Shown here piece after piece: positions 13,477 to 25,643 of a stretch of DNA of 64,000 nt. How positions within the stretch are numbered: the stretch's first letter is position 1; each line of letters starts with the position of its first letter. The translations under genes and the position numbers were made by a program. The notes under the pieces are model-generated. The model saw nothing but the letters and a program-made list of their open reading frames with translations, did not search any database and had not been told where the DNA came from. The stretch is from Moniliella sp. 'wahieum' (Eukaryota): the NCBI GenBank assembly GCA_003971905.1, contig RSEE01000005.1, positions 930,001 to 994,000 on the forward strand, written 5' to 3'.

Positions 13477-14041
13477 TTAGTCAAACAGACCAAAGCCCAT
13501 GTCGTCGTCCGACTCCTCCTCTTCCTCCTCCTTCTTCTCCTCGGCAGGAGCCGCCGCCTCACCGCCGGCAGCCGCGGCCGCGGCCGGGGCAGCACCAGCG
13601 GGGGCAGCGCCCACGGCACCGATACCAGCCAGGAGCTCCTTCACGTCCTTACCCTCGAGCGCCTTGGCGAGCAGGGTGGCCCATACGGGCTCCACCTCCA
13701 CCTTGGCGGCCTTGGTCAGGGTAGTGATCTTCTCCGCCTGGAAACGGAAACGGAAACAAGGGGGTCAGTGTTCTGGCTCTGCGCAGGCCGATGCGGGAAG
13801 CGATTCCGCTGGGCCGTCCTATTGCGAATGGGTACGGGCCATGACAGACGGGGAGGAAGCAGGATGGCAAGAGACGAGGGGGTCCAGCTCTTCGATCCAG
13901 CATTCAGCCCGTACGTCCCTGGGCACAGCTTTGAGGGTGCCCATTGCCCATACCCGAGCCACCAGAAGAGAAACGTACAGAGATCTCGACTTGCTCGTCG
14001 GCAAGGATGAGGGTGGCGAGCGTAGCAGCGTTGGCAGACAT
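13477..14041 (-). CDS. RPP1: 60S acidic ribosomal protein P1
   Basis: Exon 1 [21 protein letters not shown], intron 13738-13978, exon 2 [36 protein letters not shown]...[16 protein letters not shown]. Confidence 0.97.
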
Positions 14042-14525
14042 GGTGTCGGCGGACAGGCAAAGTGGTGCTGGGCTGGAGCAGACGCCTGACCGCCATGGCC
14101 AGCAACGGAGGGGGAAGCCAGCGACGCAGGTTAGGGTTGTCGGCTTGGTCGGGTTTGGGCGCAATAAATTTGGCGTCGGTGGCGGGCAACCTGGGCCTTT
14201 CGTGAAACGTTCATTTCATCCGTGGCCGTATGCGCTGCGTTCCATCTGAAACTAATTGGGCTGGAGCCCACGACGACAACCACCGGCGGGTGTATAGTCA
14301 CCAGCGGATGTGGGACTAGCTGGCGGGGACGGGCCGTTCGCCCGCTACTAGTGGTGCATGGGTGTGCTTGATTTATTCCTGGGAAATCTATGGTTCTTGC
14401 GGGCATATGGAGAAGGGGAACGGGGGAAAGAAAGGGGGCAAGGGGCGGTGGCGTACGGCGGTGGGGGTGGGCTCCCAAGCCGACGCAGGCGCTTGCGCTG
14501 GGGTCGGTGGATCAGTAGGGCTTGG

Positions 14526-15589
14526 TCAGCTGGTGCGGAACATCCAGGCCGCTAGGCAGGTGGGTGAGCAGCGCATGCAGACAAGCCCCGTACCCTTTAT
14601 GCTGGAGCGGGGGGAGACGGACATGGGAGCAGGTAGTGTGGCAGCCCTCATGGGCGTCCCGGTACGAGAGACCACGTTCGCCTTGATGAGGGGCGTGCTG
14701 GACTTATGGGCTAGCACCAGGCGATCCTGTTCCGGGGCAGGACAAGCACCCGCACCCGTGCGGATGGCCATGAGCGCACTGCTCAGCACCAATAAGATGG
14801 GTGGCACGCCATGCTCCACGTGCAGTTGCGTCCAGTCCCTCAGTGCCGACCGCAGCGCGTCGTTGGTCCCATCACACGACCGGGCAGACGAAACGGACCT
14901 GCTTGCACGTGGGCCAGCGGGTACGCCGGTGCGAAGATCATATCGATCCCACGCACGTGCGAGGCAGCTGCAACCTGTCCGTCCGACAGGGGTGGAGCAT
15001 CAGCAGACCCATCCGTATGGGCCCCGACTACCATGGTGGTGTACAAATTGTGGTCCGCGCGACCGATCCGGGCCAGTTGGCGGCGGACAAAGAGACGGAG
15101 ACAGAAATCGAGCTGGATTCCCCACCAGCTGGAGGCGGTGAGGTGATAGCACGGGTCACGGCGATGCCCGTCAGCGACACCCCGAACTGCGCGCGCAAGG
15201 AACTGCGCTAGGGCCACGAGCGCGTCCGAGGGAAGGGCGAGAAGAACGTTGGGTCCGAGTGCCAAGGCGGCATGAATGGTTGTGCTCCGATCTGCCCGTG
15301 TCGGAGCCGCACGTAGGACAGCCAAGGCGCGCAGATGGTCCCTGTTCCGCACCGAGGGGGGGAGAGGGGAGTGGGCCAACGTCCAGGCCAAGTTGTTGGC
15401 TGCGACCAAGCGGAGGTGGGAGGCGCGTCGGGTCACGGCTTTAGCTCGCCGGGTCTGCACCTGCTTCCACGCTGACCTGATTTTTGGTCCCGCGAGCGAA
15501 CCAAACAAGAAGGTACAAACCTTTTCGAGCGGACCCACCGCTCTTTCTGGGGGCGCCACGACGAGTTGGGCCGTATACTTGTCGCCCAT
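14526..15589 (-). CDS. Hypothetical protein, probably frameshifted
   Basis: 249-aa ORF from ATG 15589 with a long pyrimidine-rich upstream tract and coding-like GC, continuing in other frames toward ~14526. No family recognised. Confidence 0.35.
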
Positions 15590-16141
15590 TGGGGGGAGGT
15601 AAGGGACAGACGGAACGTCGATGCCAGGGCAGCGTGCCGGGTAGGCGGAGTGAAGTGTGCGAGGGGTAAGCGGCCGGGGACGGGGAGGCGCGAAGGGATG
15701 CGAGAAAGGAGGAAAGGGGTAAAATGAAAGGACGCGGGGTCATGGCGGACAGGAAGAATTGGATGATACGGAGGTGGAGATGGGGATGGAGAGGGAGATG
15801 GAGATGAAAGGAACAGTTGGCGAGGGGGGAATGAATGCGATGGAACGAGGGGGGGGCCAAGCGAGTAATGCAGTGAGAGAGGCGGAGGGCAGAGAGGTAG
15901 TCGATCAACGAAAGATGGTGTGCTCGGCGGCAGTGGGAGGTTTTGATAGTAAGGAATGGCAAGCTGCACGTGTCGACCTGCGGCACGGACAGGGTGATGG
16001 TTGGGGGGATGGGGAGGGGGGCAGGAGGAGGTAGAAGATGGCGAGGAAGGGGTGGGGCAAGAGGGGGTTGGGTTATAATGGAGCCAGGCATGCCAATTAG
16101 ATTGGATTAGAAAATGGTTGGACCTCCCATCCGAGTCCCGC

Positions 16142-16191
16142 CAGGACCCCGGACATCACCCATTGCTCATCGGTGGAGGCACGTCCGTTCG
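16142..16191 (+). repeat. Left terminal inverted repeat of the transposon
   Basis: CAGGACCCCGGACATCACCCATTGCTCATCGGTGGAGGCACGTCCGTTCG matches the reverse complement of 19454-19504 apart from one C in a short C-run. Confidence 0.95.
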
Positions 16192-17005
16192 GGGTGCAAA
16201 TTTGGGCCCCGCAGGGCCAAAAAAGTGCCGGCACATCCCGGGGGTGCAAAATTTAGGGGCTAAAATGGGCAAAAAGGGTGGCACATCCCGTTCAGGGGTG
16301 CAAAATGGTAGATGAATCCCCAAAATCCGGATCTTAGGTAATTTTTTTGCCAAAGTTTCAACCGGCGGCCTGGGGTGGCACAGGCTTACAAAGCGGCACA
16401 ACATGAAATATTCGAAACGCAGTAGCGCGCAACCTCGCGCAACATGCAGTGACGATAGCACAATAGCATCCACTGGCTAGTACCAACTTTGGTAATTAAC
16501 CTACGCAGGAACCCTACCTACGCCCTCAACCTGAGAGGTGGGCCCACCCTCCAGACTTCATCTCCAAATTCCAAGCTCCTGCTCTGATTGATACGCAACA
16601 GGTGCTTCTATATAGCAGGCGGCACTGCATGTAAAGCCATTGGTATTCTCTGCGACTACTTCCCCACCAGCAAGGGAGTGAGAAAGTGCTCCTTCTCCAC
16701 CATGGCGAACATCGCGGCTGCCTGGGGAGAAAGCTGCACAGTGTAATCAGTAATCGTCGCTCTTGGCCTGCTTGAAGACATGCTCGCCTGGTAAACGTCG
16801 CAGGACCTGAAAAGCTGGCACATGGTAGTAACGCCTCGTGTTGAGTGACCACTTCATGTTGGACGTGTACGTGGGCTGGGTCCCTTCTTTCAGGCAGCGA
16901 AGCGAGATGTACGAGAGCGTAGATAAGTTCGACCAATTGTTCACCCAGCTGTGGGGTACAGTTTTCGACGCCTGGTGTACATGCTCACCACTTCGAATAC
17001 GAATG

Positions 17006-19214
17006 TTAGCAGCAATAAGAACAAATGGTGAGGTTATGGACTTGCCATGGCCGATCTGAACGGTGGGTGTCATGTTTTGTCGAGGGACAGGAAGACGACA
17101 GATCCCCTATGGTGAGGGGGGTGATCGGCAATACACCACCCTTGGCAATGTCCAAAGGCAACAAGCTGACCCTCTTTACCACGTTGAAAAGTGCCCTGAC
17201 CCGCTTCTCGTTGGCCTTCTTCGCCCGACCCTCCTCGACAAGATCGTGGCGCTCCTGTTGGTTAGCCGTCACGGGCTCGAGTCTCGATTGTCCCATCCAT
17301 CGCAGCCTGCGGGCCGGCCCCGAATAAATGACAGCGCCAGGCCCATCTTGAAGCTCCTTCAGCACACTGCTGTACAACGCCGCCTCCGCATTTTTGTGCA
17401 ATCCATTTAGGGCAGAACACGTCTTGCCCAAACCGCAATCACCCGCAGTATTCCATTTCTTCCCCGCCTGGGAGCTTAAGCTGTCTTCAACCTTCGTCCT
17501 GAAGGAGAGAAAGAGCTTTCGGTCAAGGTTCGTACTGGAGTCCAATCGGGGCGGGTTGGATACAGCCATAACAGGGGACATGCTTGAGGCCGGGCTCAGG
17601 AGGCTGGATATGCGCATGCGGGAGGCTTGGATAGCGGCGTCAACATTGACCTCAGAAGAATTCTCGCTGCAGAGTTTGTTAGAATCGCGGCCGTCGTCGC
17701 GTATATGGGTGAGATAAAACATACAGGCATTGCTCTCGAGCCTCCACCAACGCCATCAGTCGCAGCCTGGTTTTGGAGACCACCTCATCTCCCTCATCCA
17801 CCGTGCCATCGTGGGCGGATACGGGACCTGGGTCAGACGTCGCGGGTACCGCATCGCCCTCTCCCCAGGGAGAGAAGGGCTCTTGAGAATGGTCCACAAA
17901 GTGTTGCATCGCGGCATAGACAGTGTCGTGGTTGGGGACGATGGAAGGCTCATCATCTTCGAGAAGGGGAACAGGTGCAGCTGGTGCAGGTTGAGGATCC
18001 GAATGAGGAGTCAGTCCCATTCCCACCCATGATGCCAGAACCAGTGCCGCATTGGCGGCGTCGGCACAAATGTGCTCCATATTGATCGCCGATGGAAATG
18101 TCTTGAGAATATCGAGACATACCCCGGCAGTGTCAAAGACGGTGTGGTTGTAGCCAGAAGCAGGATATTTGTTCATCCTATGACTCAGACCATAATTCTC
18201 CATGTCGACCGTGTGGAGCGCGAGGCCATGAATTTTCGACATGATCTGGATAAGTCAGATTTCAGTTTGCAGGAAGACGACAGCATTAGAAAGGAGGGGG
18301 GACAGAGGGCCAGGGGGGGGGGACGTACCTGCTGGTACTCGACAGCATCAAACTCCGATAAGAGTCGGCGCGCTGAAGCAAAGTGGTGTTCTAACGTCTC
18401 GGTCGAATGAGTCCAAGGGGTGAAGGGAATTCGGCTATTGTAATCGTCCCTGTAAATCAACATCAGGCCGAGCATCCCGGTGATGAGGCGGTTGAAGATG
18501 TCGAGCATCCCCGGACTGACCAAATTGACCGCCGTGTACTGCGAGTCGGAGGATATGAAGTTCGCCCATAGATGGAAAAAGTAGTACGCAGTGAGCAGCA
18601 TGTACGCTCGCGTGGAATGGGGAAGCGATCGGTGCTGGATAGCCGACTGAACGAGGCCGATCACATAGAGGTACACGAATAGGCCACGGTTCAGGTCGTC
18701 TGCGTCGCCACCGCCGCTAGCGTGGAGGCCGAGAAGAGGCGGGCTGCAGCTCGATCGTCTTGTTTGTCCAATCGAAATATGTCGCGATTGTAAAGCGCCC
18801 CTTTGTCATTGAGGGCGACCAAGTCCCCATAACCGACAGCGTATCTCCCGAGAACCAGGCAACGAGCACCGCTTGTGAGCTGGTCGCGGGCGGTCTTTAT
18901 AGCGTGCTTCGCGTCCTGCATCATGACAAAGCGACTCCCTCCAAGAGTAGCGACCTTGATCGTAATGGGGGGAAAGACAGACGGTTGGAAAACGCCAATC
19001 ACCAAGTGATCAGGGCCGTGCGCGTCTCTGACAAAGAGTGGACTGTATCCGACGCCTTGTCGCCAACACGTGTGGCCAGGATGGTTGCACCTTTGGAGGC
19101 AGGCAAAGCACTTGCGCTGCTGCACGGGCGAAGCATGGGGGACGCGTTGGAAGTGCTCTCGAGCTCGGCGCGTCGTGGGAAGAGGCAGGCAAAGGCAGAC
19201 ATGGTTGCGGCCAA
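17006..19214 (-). pseudogene. P-element/THAP9-like DDE transposase, fragmented and apparently 5'-truncated
   Basis: QDAKHAIKTARDQL (DxxHxxKxxR motif), DKQDDRAAARLFSAST (cf. KQxVxxAxxLFS of P transposases), and PWTHSTETLEHHFASARR (last catalytic Glu region). Split over several frames. Confidence 0.8.
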
Positions 19215-19453
19215 AACACGCTTAAGTCAGCACCACCCGACGCGACGTGATGGGACACCCCAGCCGAACCCTAACAATTTCTTGTGCTTGCGTAAGCAAG
19301 TGCGGCACGGGGCAAGTGTCTTATGTAATTCTAACCCTACTGATAGGCTCATCCCGTTCAAGGGGGCAAATTTGGGCCAAAATCGGCCAAAATCGGCACA
19401 TCCCGTTCGTTTGCACCCTCGAGGTGGGTGCAAAAAGGGTGAAATCGGCCTGA

Positions 19454-19504
19454 CGAACGGGACGTGCCTCCACCGATGAGCAATGGGTGATGTCCGGGGT
19501 CCTG
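19454..19504 (-). repeat. Right terminal inverted repeat of the transposon
   Basis: CGAACGGGACGTGCCTCCACCGATGAGCAATGGGTGATGTCCGGGGTCCTG, followed immediately by TCCCGC. Confidence 0.95.
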
Positions 19505-19924
19505 TCCCGCCCTTTCCTTATCGGCTTAAATGGAATCAGCTGAGGTAAGCCATTCGTCGCGCACAGCCAGATAATAGGCGCCCAGCCACGACCAATAGAG
19601 CTGGCTTGCCGCGCTAGCCAAGGGGGGCGCTTTGTTGCATCGCTACCAGAGAAAGTGGGCCGTCGTGTATACAGTGAAATGCACTGCACATGCCTTCTGC
19701 CAACAGCTGACGCGGAGGCAGGAAGAAGTAGCTAAGAACGTGGAACTACAAAAAAATGAATGCATTGCACAGATGCCTTCCCTCAACCGCTGACGCAGAG
19801 GTAGGAAGAAGCAACTGGTGCGAAAAGAGACCGTGGAACTAGAAAAAAGTCAACACTTGTCCAAGTAGCGCCTGATTTGGGAGAGACGAGGGTGGGCGAA
19901 GCAGAGGGCGAACCAAGACGGTAC

Positions 19925-21324
19925 TTAGGCCTGCTCGCCCGCGGGCTCAGGCGCTGCTGCCGATTGCGCACGAGAACGGGAGCGAGAGCGAGAGCGGGAA
20001 CGAGAGCGGGAGCGAGAGCGGGCCCGGCTTATCCTGGGCGGCTTGGGACGTAGGAATTTGGGAGGCTTCCAGATCCCGTTGAATACCATGGTCCCTGTCA
20101 CAAGAAAAGAAAAGCCCAAGGCTTGGAGGGACCCTTGGACGAGGTGAAGGTGCTCCCAGCCGAGCAGAAGGCTCACGAGCCAAATTCCCAGCGTACGGCA
20201 CGTGTCAATGGTCGAGCGTGCTGCGGAAATGCTTCGCGTTACGCTCAAGCCAAAAAAGTTGAAAAAGGCAATGGAGAAGGCGGTGGCCACCGCATAGCCG
20301 AGCACGGCCGGGATATACGCCAGTTGTTCCCACCCGGTGCGAATGTCAAACACCCGCCTTGGCCGCCTGCCGTCTGACCAATGAACAAGTGCAGCAGGAC
20401 CATGCCGATCAGGGTGGTGGAAAACCCAAAGAAGCCTTCGGATCCAACAGCAATCAGAGGCTCCACCGTGTGCTGCTCCATGATCTTTTCCTCCAGAACA
20501 AATTGGGAGGCAGTGAAAAGCTGGGCAAACAGGATGAGAAGCACGCCCAGCAAAGACTCAGCCACTTGAGGAAGTTCCTCCTCGTCATCAACCACGAGCA
20601 CAGCCTGAGGAGCTGGCTGGGGCAACGATCCGCTCAGACCCACAATACCTACCCCTACCATAACGAGGGCGAGGCAGAGCCACTGGAACGTGAGAAGGTG
20701 CCGACGAAGGAAGATGACACTGAACACACCGACCCACAGCACCAGAGCACCGCGTGTCATTCTGAAATCGAATCAAAGCGAGTCAGTACAATGTCTGTCA
20801 GCAGTGCAAGGAAGCTGTGAGCGGACGTACTGGTAAATACTAACGGGGGTCAGGATGAGGCCTACGTTCATAAGGGTCGTGCCGATAATGTCGCACAGAG
20901 CAGGAGAAGAAAGAAAGTAACATGGCTTGGCCATGAATCAAGGGTTCATCCTCCTTGGTGCCACCCTCTGGGGGTGTCGCAGCCAATGGGTCGACGGGTT
21001 CCAATACGGGGTGGGAGGGAGGGAGCCGTACTCGGGCGACGGCTCGGCCGGTCCGCTCTCCGGGAGGGGCGCGTACGCGTGGGTGCGGGTTTGATAGCGC
21101 GTTACCGCCCCATGGACCTGGCGTGCCAGAACAGGAAGCAGACACAGCATCTCCCCCACAAACATGACCAAAGTCTGCCACACGGGCTGAGCATACTCGG
21201 CGTGCTTGCGCGGATCGGGGTCGTCGCAGTTGGCCACGCACACCTGGTCCTGCGCCTTGGACAAGAGGCTGTTGGTGATCCCAGTCGCCAGCATGAAGGC
21301 GACCAGGACGGGCACAGGCGCCAT
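19925..21324 (-). CDS. SLC35F6-like nucleotide-sugar transporter family membrane protein
   Basis: MAPVPVLVAFMLATGITNSLLSKAQDQVCVANC...YAQPVWQTLVMFVGEMLC; MTRGALVLWVGVFSVIFLRR; LFTASQFVLEEKIM; SIAFFNFFGLSVTRSISA-ARSTIDTCRT. Intron ~20763-20830; several indels. Confidence 0.88.
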
Positions 21325-21643
21325 GGCGAAGCAGTACACGGACCGACGAGGGCGGCCGAGGAGCAGGGAAGGGGGAGTGGTGGGGATGCCGGCTCGAGCA
21401 GGGGGATATTGGTCGGGCGACCGTACCTTGGACGTTATCGGGGCTCGAGTGCAGCAGCTCCCGCGGGGCGGCACGGCAACCCTAGCAGTGCCGCCTAGCT
21501 CCCTGCCATCCATCTGCATCACTTGTCACATGCCCATCCCATGTGATGTTCATGTGATGTCCAAGGCAGGACGCACTGCTAATGCCTATCCACCACTACC
21601 TCCCCGCCTCGCGCCCGCAACCAGATGAGCGCAATATTCAGTA

Positions 21644-22452
21644 TCAGGCATACGTGTCCACCAGCGCATCGCGCAGCGCGTCCACCGACTTGGCGCCGCC
21701 CTCGCCCGACACCTTCAGTGCCGCCTCCACCACCGAAATCTCCGTCGCTGTTGACTCCATCCCACAGAACGCAGCCCAATCGTTGGCCAGCAGCCCGGCC
21801 CCAATAATGTCCGACCCGCGGTTCACTGTGCCTGCCACCACAGGCACTTGCAGCAGCGACGAAAGCTCATCTTGGTCTTGGATCGTCGTGTGGGGGCTGA
21901 CAATCGCGCCCTGGTTGGTAATGACCGAGTAGGAGCCCACCAACACATTCTCCCCAATCGTTTGCCGGAACACCTCGACCTTGAGCACATCTGCAATGAT
22001 CTCCTCCGTTTCCCGGTCCAGATCCGGATGCACTACTGCCACATAGTCTGCATCGTAGCAACAAAAGTCAGAGCCTGCACACATGCAGAAACACCAGAGC
22101 AGCGAAAAAGGCACGCACCGTTGCAGGCAATAACGTTACCAAGCGCCGATAACCGCTCCTCGACCCGCTGGATAGCGACCGAATCAGGGAGAGAGTTGCG
22201 CAGGTGTTGCAGTTCTTGGTCGGTGGTCGTACTGGGAACAAGGAGGCCGTGGCGATTTCCCACTGTCAAGCGGCCGACCAAGCGGGTGCTGGCAATGGAG
22301 CAGTGGATCACTGGCACCACATCGCCCAGCTCCGCCTCAAACGTGCTGTAAAAGTTGGTCGAGCCGCCCTGCGCCACAAGGCAGTAGGAGTTGGTCAGGC
22401 GCGCAAAAACACCAATCTCTGACGAGTTCTCAAAGCGCGTGCGGACAGCCAT
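21644..22452 (-). CDS. TIF6: Eukaryotic translation initiation factor 6
   Basis: [27 protein letters not shown]...[39 protein letters not shown]...[14 protein letters not shown]; intron 22048-22118. Confidence 0.98.
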
Positions 22453-22725
22453 GGTATCCAAGGGGAAAGAGCGATCGTGGTGGTGAGGCAACACAAGCGA
22501 GAGGGGGGCCAGCGCGGACGTCGGCTAGGCGAGTGGTCCGGCGGAGGGAGGTGAAGTGAAGAAATAGAAAAATTGAGGCGGAGCGTTCCGCTGCGTCGCT
22601 TCGGGTTCCGCTCGGGGCGGGCAGCACAAGAAGTTTGAATTTGGCGCGGCGCCCCTCGAATGAATGACTCCTTCGAGTTGGACAGGCGCCACCATCCGCC
22701 ACCTTCACCCTTTGCTGCCCGCACC

Positions 22726-23157
22726 ATGGATCGTGCGTGTCTGTTCCTGCCCGCGTGCCTGTTCCCGGGTACCATGCTTCTGACTCGACGTTCCCCTCAG
22801 TCTCCCACCTCTCTTCCGCCGAGCAGGCGTCGATGACGCGCATCATTGAGCAGAAGCAAATGAAGGACTTTATGAACCTCTACACGGGCTTGGTCGAGCG
22901 CTGCTTTGCATCGTGCTGCAATGACTTTACTAGCAAGGCTCTGAGTTCCAAGGAGGACACTTGTGTCGAGCACTGCACCACCAAGTTCCTCAAACACTCC
23001 GAGCGGGTCGGGGCACGCTTTGCTGAAGAGAACGGTACGCCTTAAACCCTTAAAAAACGAGATGAATCATTGGTGACTCTTGCGACTGACTATGCCGTCC
23101 CTCCTCCCCTCCCCGGCTCTGTTTTTAGCCAAACTCATGTCCCAGCAACAACGCTGA
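22726..23157 (+). CDS. TIM9: Mitochondrial intermembrane-space chaperone Tim9
   Basis: [80 protein letters not shown] with twin CX3C motifs; introns 22733-22800 and 23035-23128. Confidence 0.95.
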
Positions 23158-23258
23158 ACGGTTGCAGACAGGCACGCATACCACGTGGATGGGATGAAGA
23201 TGAAGAAAGATGGATGAATGATTGGACACTCCTCTACGGATTGGGGAAGCACAGCAGC

Positions 23259-24923
23259 TCATCGCCTCTTGTAGATGCACGGTTTGAGCAATGCCTCACC
23301 TTTCTTGACCAGCTCAGCTTGGTGCACGCGTTGCTCGGCATGGATCTGGTCCCAGTTGGGGCTGCGGAGCCAGGCGGGCTGGACCAGCTTGTTGTCATTT
23401 TTGGTAAACTCCAACAGGGTAAAGAAGGCCTTGGAGGCCTCATCTGCCGAACGCAAGTCAAATCCCAAGGCTGTGATGAGGTCAATGAAGCCCTGGTTGG
23501 AGGCCAACCGAGAGGTCACCTCGGCCACCAACAGCGTCCCACTACAAACGGCACAGGTCAGCGTCACCCCCAACCAGCAGATAGAAATAAGGTAGCAACG
23601 TACTTGGGCTTGAGAATGCGCCGTGCTTCCACCAACATATCCACCCAGTTGGTGCCCATGAGCGACAGGCAAAACACACCCACATCCACCACGGCCGCGC
23701 TGCCGACCGATAAATCTTTGCCGACCGCTTGCACTTGCTCGGATATGAGCCCTCTCCGACCCGGAAGGGGGATCCGAGTCCCGACATCACACCCGACCAC
23801 CATGCCATCTTGGCTGTCCAACAGATCATAGGAGCACAGTAGCCCAAGGGTCCTTGGCCAGCTCCCGCGCCAGCGGAGCAGTGCCCGCGCCCAAGTCGGC
23901 AATGGTCAGATGGCTGGGCCGCTTTCCATTGCCCTTGCCACCGGAAGAAAGCTGACGCAAGCGCGTGGCGATGCGCAGGACCGGATTGACGGGCCACTTT
24001 TAGCTTGGCTGGAAAATCCCTCATGATACTCGGCCATCGTCTCGGGCTCGGTTTGCATCAAGTGGAGCGCTTCTTGGGTCGTGGTCGTATACAGCGTCTC
24101 GTTGATCGACCGGAAACGAGCACCAGCGAGCGAGGCACTCATTTGCTGCTGTAGCTTGGTACGTTGAACGGGCGCCGGCGCGGGAGGGGCAGGAGCGGTA
24201 ACAGGCACTACGGGAGTCGCCACCGTGTCTTTGGCTAGGGGCGAGGCTTTGCCGTGATCCGGGACGGCATCCAGCGCCCCCTCGCTCGTTTCGTGCTCTG
24301 CATCGTCCTTGCTCTGGGAAACCTCCCGCTGAGGTGAAGCAGGGGAAGGCATCGACGTGTCCGCCGTGTCGGCGGGGGTGCCCGAAAGGCGCTGCTTCCT
24401 GCGCAATTTTTTGCGTTGCGCTTTGGACAGTCCTTGCTCCTCGGGCGCAAGGGTCGGTTTGGCAACCTTGCTCGCCGCAATATCAAACACATCTTTCTTC
24501 TGCCCCCGGGGAGCGGATGAACGCTGCGCCAGGTCCGCGCGCGACGGTTCTTGCTCTTCGGGGGGGGCGCATGCCGTTTGCGCGCCGCCTGCGCCGCCGC
24601 GTCCGTCTCGTCCGAGTGCTTCCGCTTGGTCAGCCGTCCTTTCAGACGCGGATCGACCATGGTGGCCCCAGCGGCCTTTTGGGCCACCGCTTCGGCGCCC
24701 ACGCCCACGTTCCCGCGCGGGCGGGGCCGTGTGGGGGGGGGGCGTGGGCGCGGGTGTGGCCGTGGGTCTTGGGCGGACGGTGGGAGTGGTTGCGCGTGTG
24801 GGGATTGGGCGTGGCGGGGGATGTAGAGGAGGCCGAGGCGGGGGCGAGCTGGGCCAGGATGCGTTCGGCGAGCTGTGCCTGCTGCGCCTGCATGGCCGCA
24901 GCGAGGGACGACACGTCGGCCAT
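23259..24923 (-). CDS. RRP8: 25S rRNA adenine-N1 methyltransferase Rrp8
   Basis: KLQQQMSASLAGARFRSINETLYTT...EYHEGFSSQ; ADLGAG motif; DVGVFCLSLMGTNW; LLVAEVTSR; C-terminal LLKPCIYKRR. One intron ~23542-23603; several indels. Confidence 0.93.
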
Positions 24924-25643
24924 GATGGCGGGAGGGGGAGGGGCTGGGCACAGCAAGGGAACAGGGGAAGGCGTCGGGCGAAAGGCTCAAGCCAGCCCCA
25001 TCTAACTTTGGAAAGCCTGGCAGCCAAAAAAAAAAGCGGAAGGCGGGCGGAAGCACAAATGAAACATGCAGGGGTGCCCTCCTGCTGACGTATGCTGGAC
25101 AGGGTCCGTCTATCCAAAGGCAGAGGGGGCGGGGCTGAGTGGGTTGCTGGGCTACTTGATCCGGGCCGAGGCGCTGGACAGAAGGGGCGAGGGGGAGCTA
25201 CGTGGACTGGGGCAGCGCAGTGCCATGTGGGGGGTCCGCAAGAGGAGCGGATGGAAGATGGAGACGACCAGCCCGGCTTGCCGCGGGGGGGCGAGATGAG
25301 TTGGCAGGACGGATGCACTGAGGATGCCATGGCCAGAGGCTGGGTGGGGTAGGTGGGGCCGAGTCGAGTGGGGCGGGTTGATCGGCTGGGCGTGAATGCA
25401 TGGGGGGGTGGATGATCGCGTGCAGGCGCGCGTGAATGACCGATGAAGTGATCGATGACGGGGCCGCGGGGCACGTGACGCGACACTGCCCCCGTGCGGA
25501 TTCGATGCGCCCGGGCCAGGTGCTGCCAGGCCAGGCGGGGCGGGCGACGATTCATTCGTGCAGCACCCACAGCAGGCAGCCCAGCATTCGGCCAAGGCAC
25601 ACTCCTCTCTCTCCTCCCTCCCACCCCCACCCCCACCCCCGCC

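Larger units (their letters stand above)
16142..19504 (-). mobile_element. Cut-and-paste DNA transposon, fungal P-element-like, probably internally deleted
   Basis: ~50-bp terminal inverted repeats, a flanking direct repeat (TCCCGC, extendable to GTCCCGCC), subterminal repeats and a DDE transposase remnant on the minus strand. Confidence 0.92.
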
